Origin: a virus
Lineage: Duplodnaviria > Caudoviricetes
Length of the DNA: 41,954 nucleotides
Strand: one strand, 5' to 3'
IMG/VR virus record: IMGVR_UViG_3300037483_001211
Span: 1 to 41,954 of that record
How positions within the stretch are numbered: position 1 is the stretch's first letter; the number at the start of each line of letters is the position of its first letter. A program made the translations under genes and the position numbers. Positions 1 through 12,100 of the stretch are shown piece after piece. The notes beneath the pieces are model-generated. The model ran no database searches. It was not told the origin of the DNA and saw only the letters and a list, made by a program, of their open reading frames with translations.

Positions 1-98
1 GATGTATGCCTTCGCCCCTGAAAAACCACCAAGCCTTGTAGGACGAAATTTTTGCTTAGCCATGGCGTCGCAAAAAGTCCGCCCTACGGCGTTACGGC
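1..98. repeat. Possible junction of two short host REP/MITE-like repeats (imperfect palindrome TTTTTGCTTAGCCATGGCGTCGCAAAAA)
   Basis: Imperfect inverted symmetry centred at about 61-64. It resembles, from memory and unverified, intergenic repeats of Desulfuromonadales. Truncated by the window edge. Confidence 0.3.
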
Positions 99-122
99 TC
101 ATGAACTTTGGCGAAATCCCCG

Positions 123-148
123 ACCCTGCCCCCAAGGCAGGGTTTTTT
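123..148 (+). terminator. Rho-independent terminator-like hairpin
   Basis: ACCCTGCC-cccaa-GGCAGGGT followed by a T-run. Confidence 0.6.
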
Positions 149-280
149 CTTTGTCCCGGGCCGGAAGAGGCATGAAATCCACCGGTAACTGTTTCGACAG
201 GTATTTGATATGAGTCAAGGTGGCCGGACCGGGGCCGGAAGATAATGTGCCCATACCACCACCTTGAGAAGGAGACTGCC

Positions 281-646
281 ATGACCCGCCACAAGACCAC
301 CCTGAATCTGCCTCCCGCCGAACCGGCCGAACTGGTCACCCTGACCGGCTACCAGGAAGGCGCCATCGTCAGCCGCACCCTGCTGCAGGACGAGACGGGC
401 ACCCTGACCGTCTTCAGTTTCGACAAGGGCCAGGGCCTGTCCGAGCACACCGTCCCTTTCAACGCCTTCGTCCAGATTCTGGACGGCGAAGCGGAAATCA
501 CCATCGGCGGCAAGCCGGTCCGGGTCAAAACCGGGGAGATCGTGCTGATGCCCGGCGGTGTATCCCACCAGGTGCAGGCCGTGGAACGTTTCAGGATGTT
601 GCTGACCCTGTTCCGGACCGGCCAGAAGGATCAACCCGGTTCCTGA
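281..646 (+). CDS. Cupin-domain protein (host)
   Basis: Cupin motifs LSEHTVP..VQILDGEAEI and GEIVLMPGGVSHQV. GAAGGAG SD lies before the ATG at 281 (the ORF track starts at 245). Confidence 0.85.
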   Translation: MTRHKTTLNLPPAEPAELVTLTGYQEGAIVSRTLLQDETGTLTVFSFDKGQGLSEHTVPFNAFVQILDGEAEITIGGKPVRVKTGEIVLMPGGVSHQVQAVERFRMLLTLFRTGQKDQPGS

Positions 647-742
647 CCGGCGACGTCCGGCCCCTCCCGGTGATCCACCCATGCGATCGCTTCCTCGTCG
701 CCGCCGACGGACAGGAAATCCGCCACTGGCGGAAAAAAGCTG

Positions 743-772
743 TTGACAGTGCCGCTGGCCCTTTGCTATAAA
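743..772 (+). promoter_or_regulatory. Sigma70 promoter of tRNA-Ala
   Basis: TTGACA (743-748), 18-bp spacer, TGc-TATAAA (767-772), just upstream of the tRNA. Confidence 0.75.
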
Positions 773-789
773 GTGAGCCTCGCAAAGAC

Positions 790-865
790 GGGGCTATAGC
801 TCAGCTGGGAGAGCGCTTGAATGGCATTCAAGAGGCCGGCGGTTCGATCCCGCCTAGCTCCACCA
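790..865 (+). tRNA. tRNA-Ala (anticodon GGC)
   Basis: 76 nt, GGGGCTATAGCTCAGCTGGGAGAGCG...GGTTCGATCC...TAGCTCCACCA. Anticodon stem CTTGA/TCAAG with loop ATGGCAT; G3:U70; encoded CCA. Confidence 0.97.
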
Positions 866-873
866 TAAGAAAC

Positions 874-905
874 AAGGGGTTACGGACATTCCGTAACCCC
901 TTTTT
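874..905 (+). terminator. Terminator hairpin after the tRNA
   Basis: 13-bp perfect stem AAGGGGTTACGGA-cat-TCCGTAACCCCTT plus a T-run. Confidence 0.8.
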
Positions 906-912
906 CGTGGTC

Positions 913-934
913 ATTTATCAACGATTTATCAACG
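913..934. repeat. Tandem 11-bp direct repeat ATTTATCAACG x2 (candidate integrase arm-type sites)
   Basis: Exact tandem at 913-923 and 924-934, about 50 bp inside the presumed att junction. Confidence 0.55.
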
Positions 935-951
935 GTTTTTTTGCGGGCCGC

Positions 952-1170
952 TCACCGCGCCGACTCAGCCAGCTCCAGTAGGTCGGCCATGGCGCCGGGC
1001 GATAGCCAGTAGCCGTCGGCCGGGGCCGGGTCGCCCTGTTTAACCAATACCGGCCGGCTGTCGTCCATGACGTAGACGGGCAGCTTTTTGGCGCAGGCGG
1101 TCAATGCGCACAGCAAGAGCATCGACATCACCAACAGCCGCTTCCCGGCGGATTTCTTGCGCGTCGTCAT
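952..1170 (-). CDS. Putative o-spanin (Rz1-like lipoprotein)
   Basis: Basic N-terminus, hydrophobic stretch, lipobox LTAC, Pro-containing mature part; last gene of the lysis cassette; overlaps the upstream TM gene. Confidence 0.65.
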   Translation of the reverse strand: MTTRKKSAGKRLLVMSMLLLCALTACAKKLPVYVMDDSRPVLVKQGDPAPADGYWLSPGAMADLLELAESAR

Positions 1171-1255
1171 AGGGACTCTCCTTGCGCTGCTGCTCCAGCC
1201 AGTCGAGAAACAGGGGCAACAGCGCGGCGATGATGGTCAGGATGGACGCCGCCAT
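1040..1255 (-). CDS. Putative i-spanin (Rz-like)
   Basis: N-terminal TM helix followed by a charged helical segment; overlapping arrangement with the lipoprotein gene. Confidence 0.5.
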   Translation of the reverse strand: MAASILTIIAALLPLFLDWLEQQRKESPYDDAQEIRREAAVGDVDALAVRIDRLRQKAARLRHGRQPAGIG

Positions 1256-1259
1256 GTGA

Positions 1260-1787
1260 CTAAGCGGCTTCGGCCGCCGGCTCGATGTCAGGCTCCGGCT
1301 TTGGATCTCCGACCCAGTATCCCAAAGACTGGTTGCCGGTGGCGCCGACTCCCGGCGTGAGCCCCAGCCAGGCAGTTACCTTGGTGTTGATTTCCACTAC
1401 CGACAAGTGCGGCGCATGACTCAACACGAAGGCGATGGCCTCATCCGCCTTTTCATTGCCGGTATACTTTCTGACTCCGCGCTTGACCGCAGCCGCCGCC
1501 TTTTCCTCGGCGTAGGCCAGACCCTTGCGTACCAGCCCGTCAATAAACTCCTCCTGCCGCTGCGAGATGTCCAGCTTCCATTTCTTGCGGACCAGGTTCA
1601 GCAAAACACCCACCAGGCCCAGCATGAAAGCGGCGATGACGGGGAACACCACGGCGCTCAGGAACTCCGCCAGGGTGCCCCCGTAGTCGGTACCCGCAGC
1701 GCCGGTATCGGCCAGCACCAGCACCGGCACCATCAAAAACACCATCAGACACCCCAAAAACAATAGCCCTCCCTTGAAACTTTTCAT
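1260..1787 (-). CDS. Putative holin (LL-H-like) / membrane protein
   Basis: Two hydrophobic segments, then ..LAYAEEKA..GNEKADEAIAFV; adjacent to the endolysin. Confidence 0.55.
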   Translation of the reverse strand: MKSFKGGLLFLGCLMVFLMVPVLVLADTGAAGTDYGGTLAEFLSAVVFPVIAAFMLGLVGVLLNLVRKKWKLDISQRQEEFIDGLVRKGLAYAEEKAAAAVKRGVRKYTGNEKADEAIAFVLSHAPHLSVVEINTKVTAWLGLTPGVGATGNQSLGYWVGDPKPEPDIEPAAEAA

Positions 1788-1811
1788 TTTTCGCTCCCTT
1801 TTTGTGAGAAA

Positions 1812-2228
1812 CTACCCCTTGGAAAACCACGCCCGCACGTCAAAACACGGGCAACACTTGGACACCCCAGGAAGGTCGCGGTGCCCCAACACTTCAACCC
1901 CCGGATAGCGGGATTCATACTGTCCAACCAGGTGCTCCAGGGCTTTCATCTGGGCCCGGGTGAAATTGAAATCCGGCATACCTCCCACCAGGCAGACCCC
2001 GATGGACCCCAAGTTAAACCCGGCGGCATGGGCGCCGATCTCATCGGTCACCTCACCGTTTTTGTTCAGATCCCGGCCCTTTTCGATCATGCCATCCCTG
2101 CGGATCACGTGATGATAGCCGATAGCCCGCCAGCCCTTGGCCCGGTGCCAATGGTCGATTTCTTCGGCGCCGATATCCATTTCAGCCGGCGTGTACGCAG
2201 CATGAATAATGAGTCTTTCTATCTTCAT
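1812..2228 (-). CDS. Endolysin, N-acetylmuramoyl-L-alanine amidase (Amidase_2, T7 lysozyme-like)
   Basis: IIH, GW..IGYHHVIRRDG..E.GR, GAHA.G.N..SIGVCLVGG, GHRD, K.CPCFDV motifs. GAGGAG SD favours the ATG at 2228. Confidence 0.92.
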   Translation of the reverse strand: MKIERLIIHAAYTPAEMDIGAEEIDHWHRAKGWRAIGYHHVIRRDGMIEKGRDLNKNGEVTDEIGAHAAGFNLGSIGVCLVGGMPDFNFTRAQMKALEHLVGQYESRYPGVEVLGHRDLPGVSKCCPCFDVRAWFSKG

Positions 2229-2238
2229 CAGCATCTCC

Positions 2239-2610
2239 TCAGCGAAAAACCAACCGGCCGCCCCTCAGCGTCCCCGTCTTCAGTACCTCTTTGAACAACC
2301 AGGCATGGAAATAGGCCCTTGTTTCCGTGCAGGCCTCAAACCCCCGCCACTCAAACAGGCAGTCGGTCAAATGACTGGTTTCATGAACCACCGTCTCCAG
2401 GCTTGACTTCCCGTCAACAAAGCAGATCATGAAAAACGTTTTGCCGTCCTTGCCTTTGGCGAACTGATAAAACGCCAGCGTCCCGTCCGGCATGTCGTAG
2501 GGCGGGATCCCATGTTTCTCGGCACAATCCAGGTATGATTGAACGGTGTCGAATATGGCTATTTCCGTATCCAGCCACTCGGAGTAGATGATCCGCATCA
2601 GACTCGCCAC
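2239..2610 (-). CDS. Hypothetical protein with HExxH (zincin-like) motif
   Basis: VVHETSHL..E.RAY; fills the gap between lysis genes. Confidence 0.6.
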   Translation of the reverse strand: MASLMRIIYSEWLDTEIAIFDTVQSYLDCAEKHGIPPYDMPDGTLAFYQFAKGKDGKTFFMICFVDGKSSLETVVHETSHLTDCLFEWRGFEACTETRAYFHAWLFKEVLKTGTLRGGRLVFR

Positions 2611-2635
2611 ACCATCGCTTCCTCCACCATATAAT

Positions 2636-3046
2636 TCACGGCCCCACGCCCATCTGCGACAAGCCTTTCAGCCAACCCACCAGCAGATTGAGCGCCACGG
2701 TGACCAGCACCAGCCATGCCCCGGTGGAAAACCGCAGCTTCTCCACCCGTTGTTCCCTGATCGGATCGATCTCTATCTGATGAAACCGGGCCGTGACGGT
2801 GGTGCGGAAATCTGCGTGGCTTTTTTCATCCTCCCGGTTGCGATCGAACAACTTGTCGATCAACTGGCGGTTCTCCCGCTGATCCCGCTGCAGGGTCGCA
2901 ATCCGTTCCCCCTGCTTTGCGATGTCCCGCATGAGGGCCGTTTGCTCGCCCATGTGCTGCTCGATCTTGTCGAACATGCGGTCATATCGCTCGTTCCGCT
3001 CCCGTTGCGCGTCCCATGCGTCAACCTTCTCGCAATGATCCTGCAT
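2636..3046 (-). CDS. Coiled-coil protein with C-terminal TM helix (lysis-associated)
   Basis: GGAGG SD; charged helical N-terminus; TM segment AWLVLVTVALNLLVGW. Confidence 0.65.
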   Translation of the reverse strand: MQDHCEKVDAWDAQRERNERYDRMFDKIEQHMGEQTALMRDIAKQGERIATLQRDQRENRQLIDKLFDRNREDEKSHADFRTTVTARFHQIEIDPIREQRVEKLRFSTGAWLVLVTVALNLLVGWLKGLSQMGVGP

Positions 3047-3069
3047 GCCCCCTCCGTCCTTCAGGAAAA

Positions 3070-3087
3070 TTCATTATGATATTGAAC
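3070..3087. promoter_or_regulatory. 18-bp motif, copy 1 (TTCATTATGATATTGAAC), upstream of the lysis cassette
   Basis: Near-identical to copies at 19532 and 39259; intergenic. Confidence 0.6.
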
Positions 3088-3123
3088 ACAGGTAGCGCAA
3101 CATTTAACGGAAATGCAAGCACT

Positions 3124-6100
3124 TTAACGCCGATACATCAACTCTCGCCGGTCCGGGCGGGTCCGAAGCGCCTGCTGCAGGGTCTGCAGGGTGATCGGCG
3201 GCACCAGCACGCCGCCCGGGGCACCGCGCAGCTCGCGGTTGAACTCGCGTACCATCTGCCCCGCCTGCTTGCGGTCCTTGGCAATGCGGAACCTCGCCAG
3301 CACGTCCGCTTTGCGCTCGTTCCAGTAATCCCGGGCGCGCAGGGCGTCCCAGCGGTTCTGACTCTGTTTCGACGGTTCCAGGGGCATGAAACCGAAGGCG
3401 CGGATCACGCCCTCTTTCGCCGTGTAGCGCACCTGCTTGCCATCGTCGCCGAACACCGGCCGCCCGGAAAGGGTGGTCGCCCCGTCGGCGTAGTGCCGAT
3501 AGGCGCGCAGGATGTTGGCCAGCGCCTCCGGCGACAGGTATTCCGCCGCCCGCCAGAAATCCGCCTTGCCCGCCGCGTCGGCGGCATAGACCACCTTTTG
3601 CGCCAGCCCGCCCCATACACCGGTCACCCGCTCCGCCAGGCTTTCATCCTCCGGAGAGAACCAGGGGATGTTCACCCCGATGGCCCGGCTGAAGTTCACC
3701 CCGGCCAGCGCCGGCGCGCCGTGCAGTACGAAGTCGGCGATCTGGTCGCCGAAGTCGGTGTACTCCCCGGCCGTCTCCCGCAGCCACTTGTCCAGCATCC
3801 GCAGCGGCCGCTCACCGAACAGCCGCCGGTACCACTTGTCCAGGTCGTCGCCGAAGGGCAGCGCCGCCAGCCCGCCGAACAGCACCAGAGCGGTCAGCGA
3901 ACGCGCCACCACCTGGAATTCCCCGTTGCCCAGGCTGCTCAACATCCCCAGCAGATAGTTGTGGGTATAGCTCTGGAAGGTATACAGGGTGCGCCCCAGC
4001 GGCCCCAACTTGCGCAGCACCGCCGGGATGTTCTCCTTGCCCACCACGAAATGCACGTCGTCGACAAACTTCTCGGCCTGCTTCAGGGCCGCTTCCTTCT
4101 CCAGCCCCTGGCCCCGGAACACCCGGAATGCCGCCAGCAAAGCCGGCTCGCGGTTCCAGTAGGTCTCCACCGCCTGGAAAGGCTTCATGGCCTTTTCCGT
4201 CAGCCAGCGCACCCCGCCCTGAAAATTGCCCATCACCCCGCCGGTATCGTCCATGCCGGACATCGCCCGCACGAAATTGGCCTGAGACCGGCCCCGCCGC
4301 AACCCCTGCTCCAGCGCCCAGCGTTCCTCCTCGGTCAGCAGACCCGCCTTGCCGGCCTTGGTCAGCAGGTGGTCCCGGAGCACGTCCACTTGCGCCTTGA
4401 GCAGCTTGCGGGTCGCCCCTTTGGTGTAGCTGGAGAGCTTCGCCTGCCCCCAGATATAGTTCTGGGTCGCGTTCAGTACCGCCGAAGAGGTCTTGAACCC
4501 CAGGTACATCAAGGCCGCGAAACTGCGGGCGGTGCCGAACCACTGGTCGATGTAGGTCGAATTCTTCAACGCATCGTCCACGTACTCCTTCACCCAGGAC
4601 TTGTCGTGCGGGCGGCTATCCGGAATCTCGGACATCAGCTTGTTGGCCCGCATGGCGAACTCGCTTTTCGACAGCCAGCCCGCCATGCCGCCCACGAACT
4701 GCGCCAGGATCGCCGGGGTATTCTGCGTCTCGTAGCCCTCGATCAGGTGCTGGGCGCGGGCCAGTTTGTGCCGACCGAAACCCCGGGCCGAAATCTCGTC
4801 GGCCAGGATGCGCAGCACCTGGTTCTGCACCGCCATCTGGTTTTCGAGCACCCCGGCCGCCGCCGCTTTGTCGAACACCTTGGACAGCAGCGCCTCGATC
4901 GCCCGGTGCGAGCCGATGCCCAAAAAGATTTCCTCCGGCGTCGCCGTGTTCGGCTCCACCACCACCTCGTAGTGGGCATTCGGATCGAAGGACTGGGGGA
5001 TGTATTCTGCCAGGTTCTTTTCCACCTTGTCCCGCAACTGCTTGGCGCCGAACTTGGTCTTCGCCGGCTGCATCCACACCTCGACAAAGGTGCCGTCCTC
5101 CCCGACCTGCCAGACCTTGACGTGCTGCTCGCCGTCCTTGCGGATGCGCGGCAGGTAACCTTCGACCTGCCGCCATTCATCCTTGAGCTTCGCCAGCTGA
5201 CTGTCGTAGGATTGCACCCCCTTGTAGGCGTTCAGCAGCTCCATCTTCTGCAGCATCGGATGCTCGTCGCCCAGCCGCAGCAGATCCAGCAGCGTCTTGT
5301 ACCACTGCGCCCGCTTGAACTTCTCGCCGGTGACGATCTCCACCCCGGCCAACTGCTTCTTCACCTCGAAAAACGCCTGCATCAGATCGGGAGATTTGCC
5401 GAACTCGGATTGCATCTCGACGCCGGTCATGCCCCGCTCCAGGGAATCGCGCAGGTTGCTGTACCAGGGCAGTTTCCGGTACGGATCGGTCAGGGCGTCC
5501 AGTTTCCGGCGCCCGGCGCGGATCTGCTGGTAGGCCTCCACCGCCTTCTCGTTGATGCCGAACCGGCGCGTCACTTGGTCGGAACTGAGCCCCTCGTCCA
5601 GCAGGTCGACCAGCTCCTGGTAATACTCCGTGCCCTCGTGGGGCAACAGCCGCAGCCGCCCCAGCCGGTCGAACATCACCTCCGTGGCGTGGGAGATGGT
5701 CTGCCGGAAGGCGAAATACGCACTCTGCACCCGCAGGGGCACCTGCCGCCCCAGGGGATTGTTGGCGCCGTTCAGATCCTCGACGCCATACTCCACCCCG
5801 GCTATATCCCCCTCCACCAGCAGCTTGTCCACCATCGCCCGCTCGGCCGTGGATGCCTTGCGCCAATGCTCCCGCAACCCCTCCATCCCGTCGTAATTCT
5901 TCGTTTGCGCCATGATCTCGTGCTTGATCTCGTTGGCATTGGCGCCGCGCTCCAGGGCCAGGTCGTAGGCCGCGCCCCGATGCTTGGACTTCTTGCTGCC
6001 GTAATGGGGATTGGACAAAACACTACCCACCGCCGCCTTCATCCGCTCCGGCAGCATGTCGGAGAGGGTTTCGAAGACCAAGCCGGCCTTATTCGGGGTA

Positions 6101-9100
6101 AGGTTCTTCACCAACTCCCGCCCGGCTGTGGCCTTGTCCCTGGCGGTTTGGGCGATGGAATAGCGAATACCATCGTCCGAATTCACATTGAAATCCTCAA
6201 TAAGTTGTGCTAGATTTTGAATATCCCTCGCAGAGCGGGTTGAAGTCAGGTCGATGCCGTCGGCACCGGCGGCTGCGGCAACCCATGTAGCTGCGGGGGA
6301 TTTTTCGTTGAACTCGACCGATTCCACGGAATACACTCGGTTGGGCGTACCGACATCCGCCGTCTCTTTCACGGTAATTTTCGCCAGCAGTATCTTTCCC
6401 TCCACATCCATGGGCACGAAAAACCTGCGAATTGCCCTGATATTCGGATCCTTGCGAACATCCGGCTTGCTCCACCCGGAAACCGCATCTTGAAACAAAA
6501 CATCCAAATTGGCGACTGCCAGCGCATGATGCCGCGAGGTTTCGGACTTTCCGACAGCCTTGTCGTTCAGCATCTTATCCAGGGAGTTGCGCGAAACACG
6601 GGCCACCAACCCGGTGGCGGCGTTGATCAGGTCCCTTCCCCGGAACGCTTCCGCCGCCTGCCTTGCCTCGCTGAAACTTGCCGCCTCGCGCAGAGGGACC
6701 ACCGCGGCAATCTCCGGGTTTACTCCCCCCGCCGAAAACTTCGCCATTATCTCTATGTCGGCGTCATCGAAAATGACGTAGTTCGAACTGCCATCGCCCG
6801 TGCCCCGGCTGGTTCCGTCCAGGTAGCGGATGCCCCGGATGCCGAGGGAGTGGAGAAATTCGGATGCGGCTTTGTCGTCGGGCTGGATATTCCCGTTCAT
6901 GTCCTCGTAGGTGCCGAGTTTTTTTGCGAGATCGATGTAAACCCCGCTCCCCTCCATCTCCCGCCGCTCCTGGGCTCCCGTGCGGTAATCGTCCCACAGG
7001 TAGGTATCTCTTTCCACCTGGCCGCGCAACGCCGACTGCACCTTCTCGCTCTGCTCTGAAAGCGGCTTGTCCCAGTCCAGATACTCGTCGTCGGCTGGGG
7101 CCAGTTCGACATGGTAGAGTCTGCCACGATCTATCTTTATGGTCTTTCGCCCCATGTCTATAACGGACTTAACCCGGTCAGCGAATAAACGAACGGCGGC
7201 TCCGCGCTTAGTATCACCATCTTGCTCGAAGGTCTTGGTGAACCGCAGCAAAGTCGCGTGAGCCGCTATCAGGTCGCCACCGTTATTATTCAATTCCACG
7301 GCAAGGTCCTTGGAGAGCCCATGTCCACCAAGACCGATAAGTTCGAGTTTTTTCAGCGCGTTCAATTTCCGCTCAGAAAGTACATCCCGGTAGTGCTCCG
7401 CAACCTCCCGCTTCCCGGCAAAATACAGCCCATGTCCATACGCCGGCGCCCCTTCGCCGGCGCCGACCTTGCTCATGTCGAATTTATCGTGGTCATGTGG
7501 CGATCCATGCCAGGCCGCCGAAAACCGCGCCATGCCCGACAGCAGTTTGGTCAACATCTCCTCGGTAATCCCGTGCTCGCGCAGCCGCTGCAGGATCTCC
7601 TGGCCGTTCAAGGCCACCACCGGCCCGTCCTTCGCCCAGGCGCCGGCCTCGGCGTAGGCCCGGGCGCGCTTCAGCAGAAAGGCGATATCCGTCTCGCCCA
7701 TCTGCGCCAGCGTGGCAAAACCGTTTTTGCGCAGCCAATCCCGCACCAGGCCGATGATCTCCCGCACCTTCGCGGCGATGCCGCCCCGGCTGTACTCCCG
7801 GGTCAGGTGGGTCAGCAGTTCCTCCATCAGGATCGCATGCCGGGTCGTATCGTCATAGCCCGCCTCGCGCAGGGCTTTCGCGTATCGGGTCAGGTTGAAC
7901 CGGTACTTCTTGGCCAGCCGCAGCATTTCCCCCGCCGGCAGGGACGCGTAGAGGTCCAGCATCGCCCGCTGCAGCCGCTTGCCGTCGTTGCCGAACATGG
8001 CGTACAGCCCGGCGTGGCCGTGCCACTCGTGGAACAGGATCTCCTCCAGCATCTTCACGCTTGTAATATGCTGGCGGACGATATAGACTTTGCCCCTATG
8101 AAATACGCCGTCTATCTCCTCGGGCTGGTTGCCCTGCTTCTCTACCTCCGCCAGAATGCGCGCCGGAAGCGCGCGCGCCGTCGACACTACTACGAATCCG
8201 TCCGTGTTTTCCATCCGGGCGGTGATCCGGTTGAAGACCGTATTGAATTCTACGTCCGCAAGCGCGACGGGGCCGACTGATTCCTGCTGCGCCGAGAACT
8301 TCGGCACCAAATCCCCGCCGCCTTCGGTCTCCGCTACAAACGCCGCCCGGGCCTCCGCGCTTTCGAACTGGAACCCGGGAACAGCCCCCTGCGCCCGGTA
8401 GTTGGAATAATAGCCGCCGTGCCGCTTGACCGCCTGGCGCAATTCGTTGAAAGCGTCTTTCTCCAGAAAATCGGTCGGCGTGGCCACGAACAGCTCGATG
8501 CCTTTCTTGGCGTGAGTCGTCTCAGTCAAGCGGAAACCGCCCTCCTCGACTGGCGCCGCCGCTTCCGCAGCTTCCCGCTCCTTGGTCTTCGGCCGATCGA
8601 TGCCCGCCTCCTCGATCCGCTCGAAAAACTCCTTGATCGTCACGGCGTCCGAGTAATCCCGGGACATCTGCGCCGGGGCCTCGGCCGGATCGCTCAGTTT
8701 GTCGATGACCACGATCCTCGCCGCCACCCTGGTTCCTGCCCGTTCGAAGGTCGCCTGCGGCAGCCTGACCTCCGCCGCCAGATGCAGATCCGGCCGCACG
8801 CTCCTGCCCTTCGCGTCCTCCTCATAAAACCACTTCTCGAACCGCTTGTCCGCCGCCGGCCCGGCGGGAATCAGAGCCACCACCCGGCCCCCCTCCCGCA
8901 GATGCCCGGTGGCCTTGTCCAGGTGCTCGATCGCCGTCTTGCCTCCGGTCCCGAAGGGCGGGTTCATGACGATGGCATCGAACTTGTTGACGATGTGAAA
9001 ATCCTCGAACCTCTCCTGCAGCAGCTTGGCATCCGTCACCATCTTCAGGCGGGACGCCAATTCGCTTGAGGGCTCGATCGCCGTGCGCGCGATATGCTCC

Positions 9101-12100
9101 GGAAACCAGCGGGCGATGGCGCCATGCCCGGCCGACGGCTCCAGGGCGCTCTCCCCGTCGCGGATGCCCGCCCATTCCACCATCTTCAAGCCCAGCGGCT
9201 CCGGCGTGGCGAAATAGTCCGTACCCTCCAGGGACTTGGTACGGCTGGTCTTCTTGTGCTGCGCGAAATACAGGGTCGTAGCCCGGTCCCACTCGGACAG
9301 GGCCGCATTCGCCGCCCGGTCCCGCTCCTTGCCTCCGATCCCCTCGCCCTCGTGTCCGGCCGGATAGGCGTCCGACTCCTCGAACGCCTGGATAAAGGCA
9401 TCCATCAGAGCCCGCGCCTCCTCGCCCAGCGCCAGATTCTCCGCCGTGCTCGAACGGCTGGCGATGGTTGTGGCGAAGGCGAACCGCTCCCAGTTGGTGC
9501 CCGTGTTCAGGTAGCGGAACAGCGCGTTGCTCCGCTGCCCCACCCGGTAGATGCGCCCCTCCTGCTGGATGGCCATGATCGGCCGGGTCGGCATCCCCAA
9601 GTTGAACAGCACCCGCTGATGTTTGCCCGTGGTATCGTGCCCGCTCCAGCCGGCGTTCTTGGCCGACTGCACCAGCAGCACCTGCGGCCCGCTGCCATCG
9701 TCGTTGAAGGTCTTATAGGCCGCCAGGTTCTCCTTGGTCGACTGGTCGCCGTTGACGATCAGCACCCCAGGGAAGTGTTGGCCGAACACCTCGATGGGCG
9801 ACGCCAGCCCGCGCAGGTCGAGCTTGGCCAGATCCGGGCGTTCCGCCTCGAACCCCTGCACCAGGGCCCCCAGCGTGGCCTGCTCGCCGTCCCCGGTGGC
9901 CACCTCCTGCCCGCTGTTGCGGTAGGCGCTCAGGTCAAAGGGGTTGAAGCCGCCGCCCTTCTTGTAGTCGTGGAATACTACCACCTTGCGGCCCAGGGCC
10001 AAGTGTTCCTTGACCAACGGCACCGCCTCCCGGGCCTTGATCGCCTCCAGCAGATAGCGCCGGGAGAGATGGTCAAACTTCTCTTGCACCAGGCGCCACA
10101 ACTCCCTATATCGCTTGTCCTCCCACAAAACCTGCAGCCCCTCGTCGATCTTCGCCCCGATGGCGTTTTCGGTCAGCACGAACTTGCGGTCATAGTCCTG
10201 ATCGACATCCAGCATCCGCCCGGCCAGCACCTGCTCCTTCTTCAGCCAGGAATTGAACTGCCGCTGCAGCAGACCGCGGTTGACCTCCGGGCCCGGCTCG
10301 GTCAGCTTGTGGTAGCGAATACGGTGGCCAAAATGCTCCACCATGAACTTTTCGAAGCCGCCCTGCCGGCTGTTGCCGATGTGGCCATCCTCCGGATAGT
10401 CGAACAGGTAGCCCTCGGCGTAGTCGACGTTCTTTTCGTAGGCAAACGGCGTCGCCGACAGGAACGCCACCCGGGTCCGTTGTTCGCCCTGCGCCGCATC
10501 CACCTGCGCGGCCACCGCTTTGCGGGTCTCCTCGATCCGCCGCTGCAGCGCGTTGATTTTGCCGTCCAGCTTTTCGTTCTCGAGCCGCAGGGAGTCATGC
10601 ACCTGGTCCATGGTGTCGTCCAGGTTCATGATCTTGACGTTCGCCTTGCGCTGTTCGATCAACCGCTTCAGCTCGTCGAGTTCCGGGCGGTAAAGCATGG
10701 CATGCCGGTCGGCCTTGCCGCGTGGATGGTTGCTGATCGCCCGCAGCGCGGCAAGTGCCAGGGTCTCGCCGCCATCCTTGGCCTGCATCAGGTTGTGAGA
10801 TTCGTCGGCCAGCACCAGATCCCAATCCCGCCGCACCAGGGCGTCATTCTGCCCCAGGTTGGCATAGGTGGCCACCACGATGCCCCGGCCGTGATCCTTG
10901 GTATCGGCCAGTTCGACGATCTCCAGCTCGAGATTCTTTCCCGATTCCCGCCAGTCGACCACCGCCTTGGCATCGGGCACCACGATCAGGATGTTCTCCT
11001 TGCCCTGGCGCTCGAAACGCTTGGCGATGCCCAGACCGGAATACGTCTTGCCCGTGCCGGTGCCGTTGGTGAACAGCACACCGTAGCCTTGCGGCTTGGC
11101 AAAGCGCTCCTCGGCAAAGGCCACGTCGGCCCGCTGTCCGTCATGGAGAAAGGGGAGGGATGCGTCGATATTGTTTTTGTCGGTAGGGATGATCTTGACG
11201 GACTGCGCCTTTTTCTGCGCGGTCCGCTTGGGGATCAGTTTGACGCCGCCTGTAGCAGCTGCGCCAACTGTTTCTGCTGGGATATGGTCAGGGGCGAGTC
11301 CATCGAGGCCAGCATCACCGCCTCGCTCACCGTCGTCACTTCCGGCAGGGCCGTCCTCAGCGAGAGACTGTTCGTCTTCAGAATATGGCGAGAAATCGCC
11401 TCGTTCTCCAGCAGCAACGGCTTCAGGTCCAGAAACGCCGACGCCACCTCGTGGGGTATGCCCTTCGCCTTCATCTGCAGGTACTCCTCGCTCACCTGCT
11501 CCGCCATCTGTTCCGGGTTCAGGGGAAAGGTCGCCTTCGCCCACGCGGTCCGCAGCTTCTGCGTCCGCGCGATTTCGTTCCAGATCGGCGCCGCTACGCT
11601 GGTCAGTGACATCGGTATCCTCCGTTTGAATTGTATCAGAATCTTTGGCGGCTTGAGCCCCTTCTGTAACCTCATCCACATCCAGGGCTTCCACCGTGGC
11701 CGCCGTGTCCATCCCCTCCGTGTTCAGCCCGGGGAAATACCGCGCGCCCATATACCAGCTCTTCAGGTAAGGCTTGACCGCCTCCCCCATCTCCGCGACG
11801 ATCCGGCGCGAAAACTTGGTAAAGGAGCGCACCCCGCCCTCCAGGTAGAAGACGGCCAACTCCGTACCCAAAGCCAAAATCTCCGGATCGATGCCGCTGC
11901 GCAACTCGCTGCTCAGCTTGGCCCGCAGCTTCGCCCTCAGCTGTTCGGCGCGTTCGGTGGTGACGAGTTGATTGGTGGAACCAAAGGAAGGGGACCGCCC
12001 GGCTTGCGGAGCGGTCAGTCCAGAAGGGGAAGCGTCGCCAGGTTCCGCTTGTACTTCCGCAGGACCTCCTGCCGGCTTTCCGAGAGAAGATCCTTGAACA

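Noticed and set aside
215-682. 155-aa minus-strand ORF over the cupin gene
   Set aside because: Antisense to a well-supported cupin CDS
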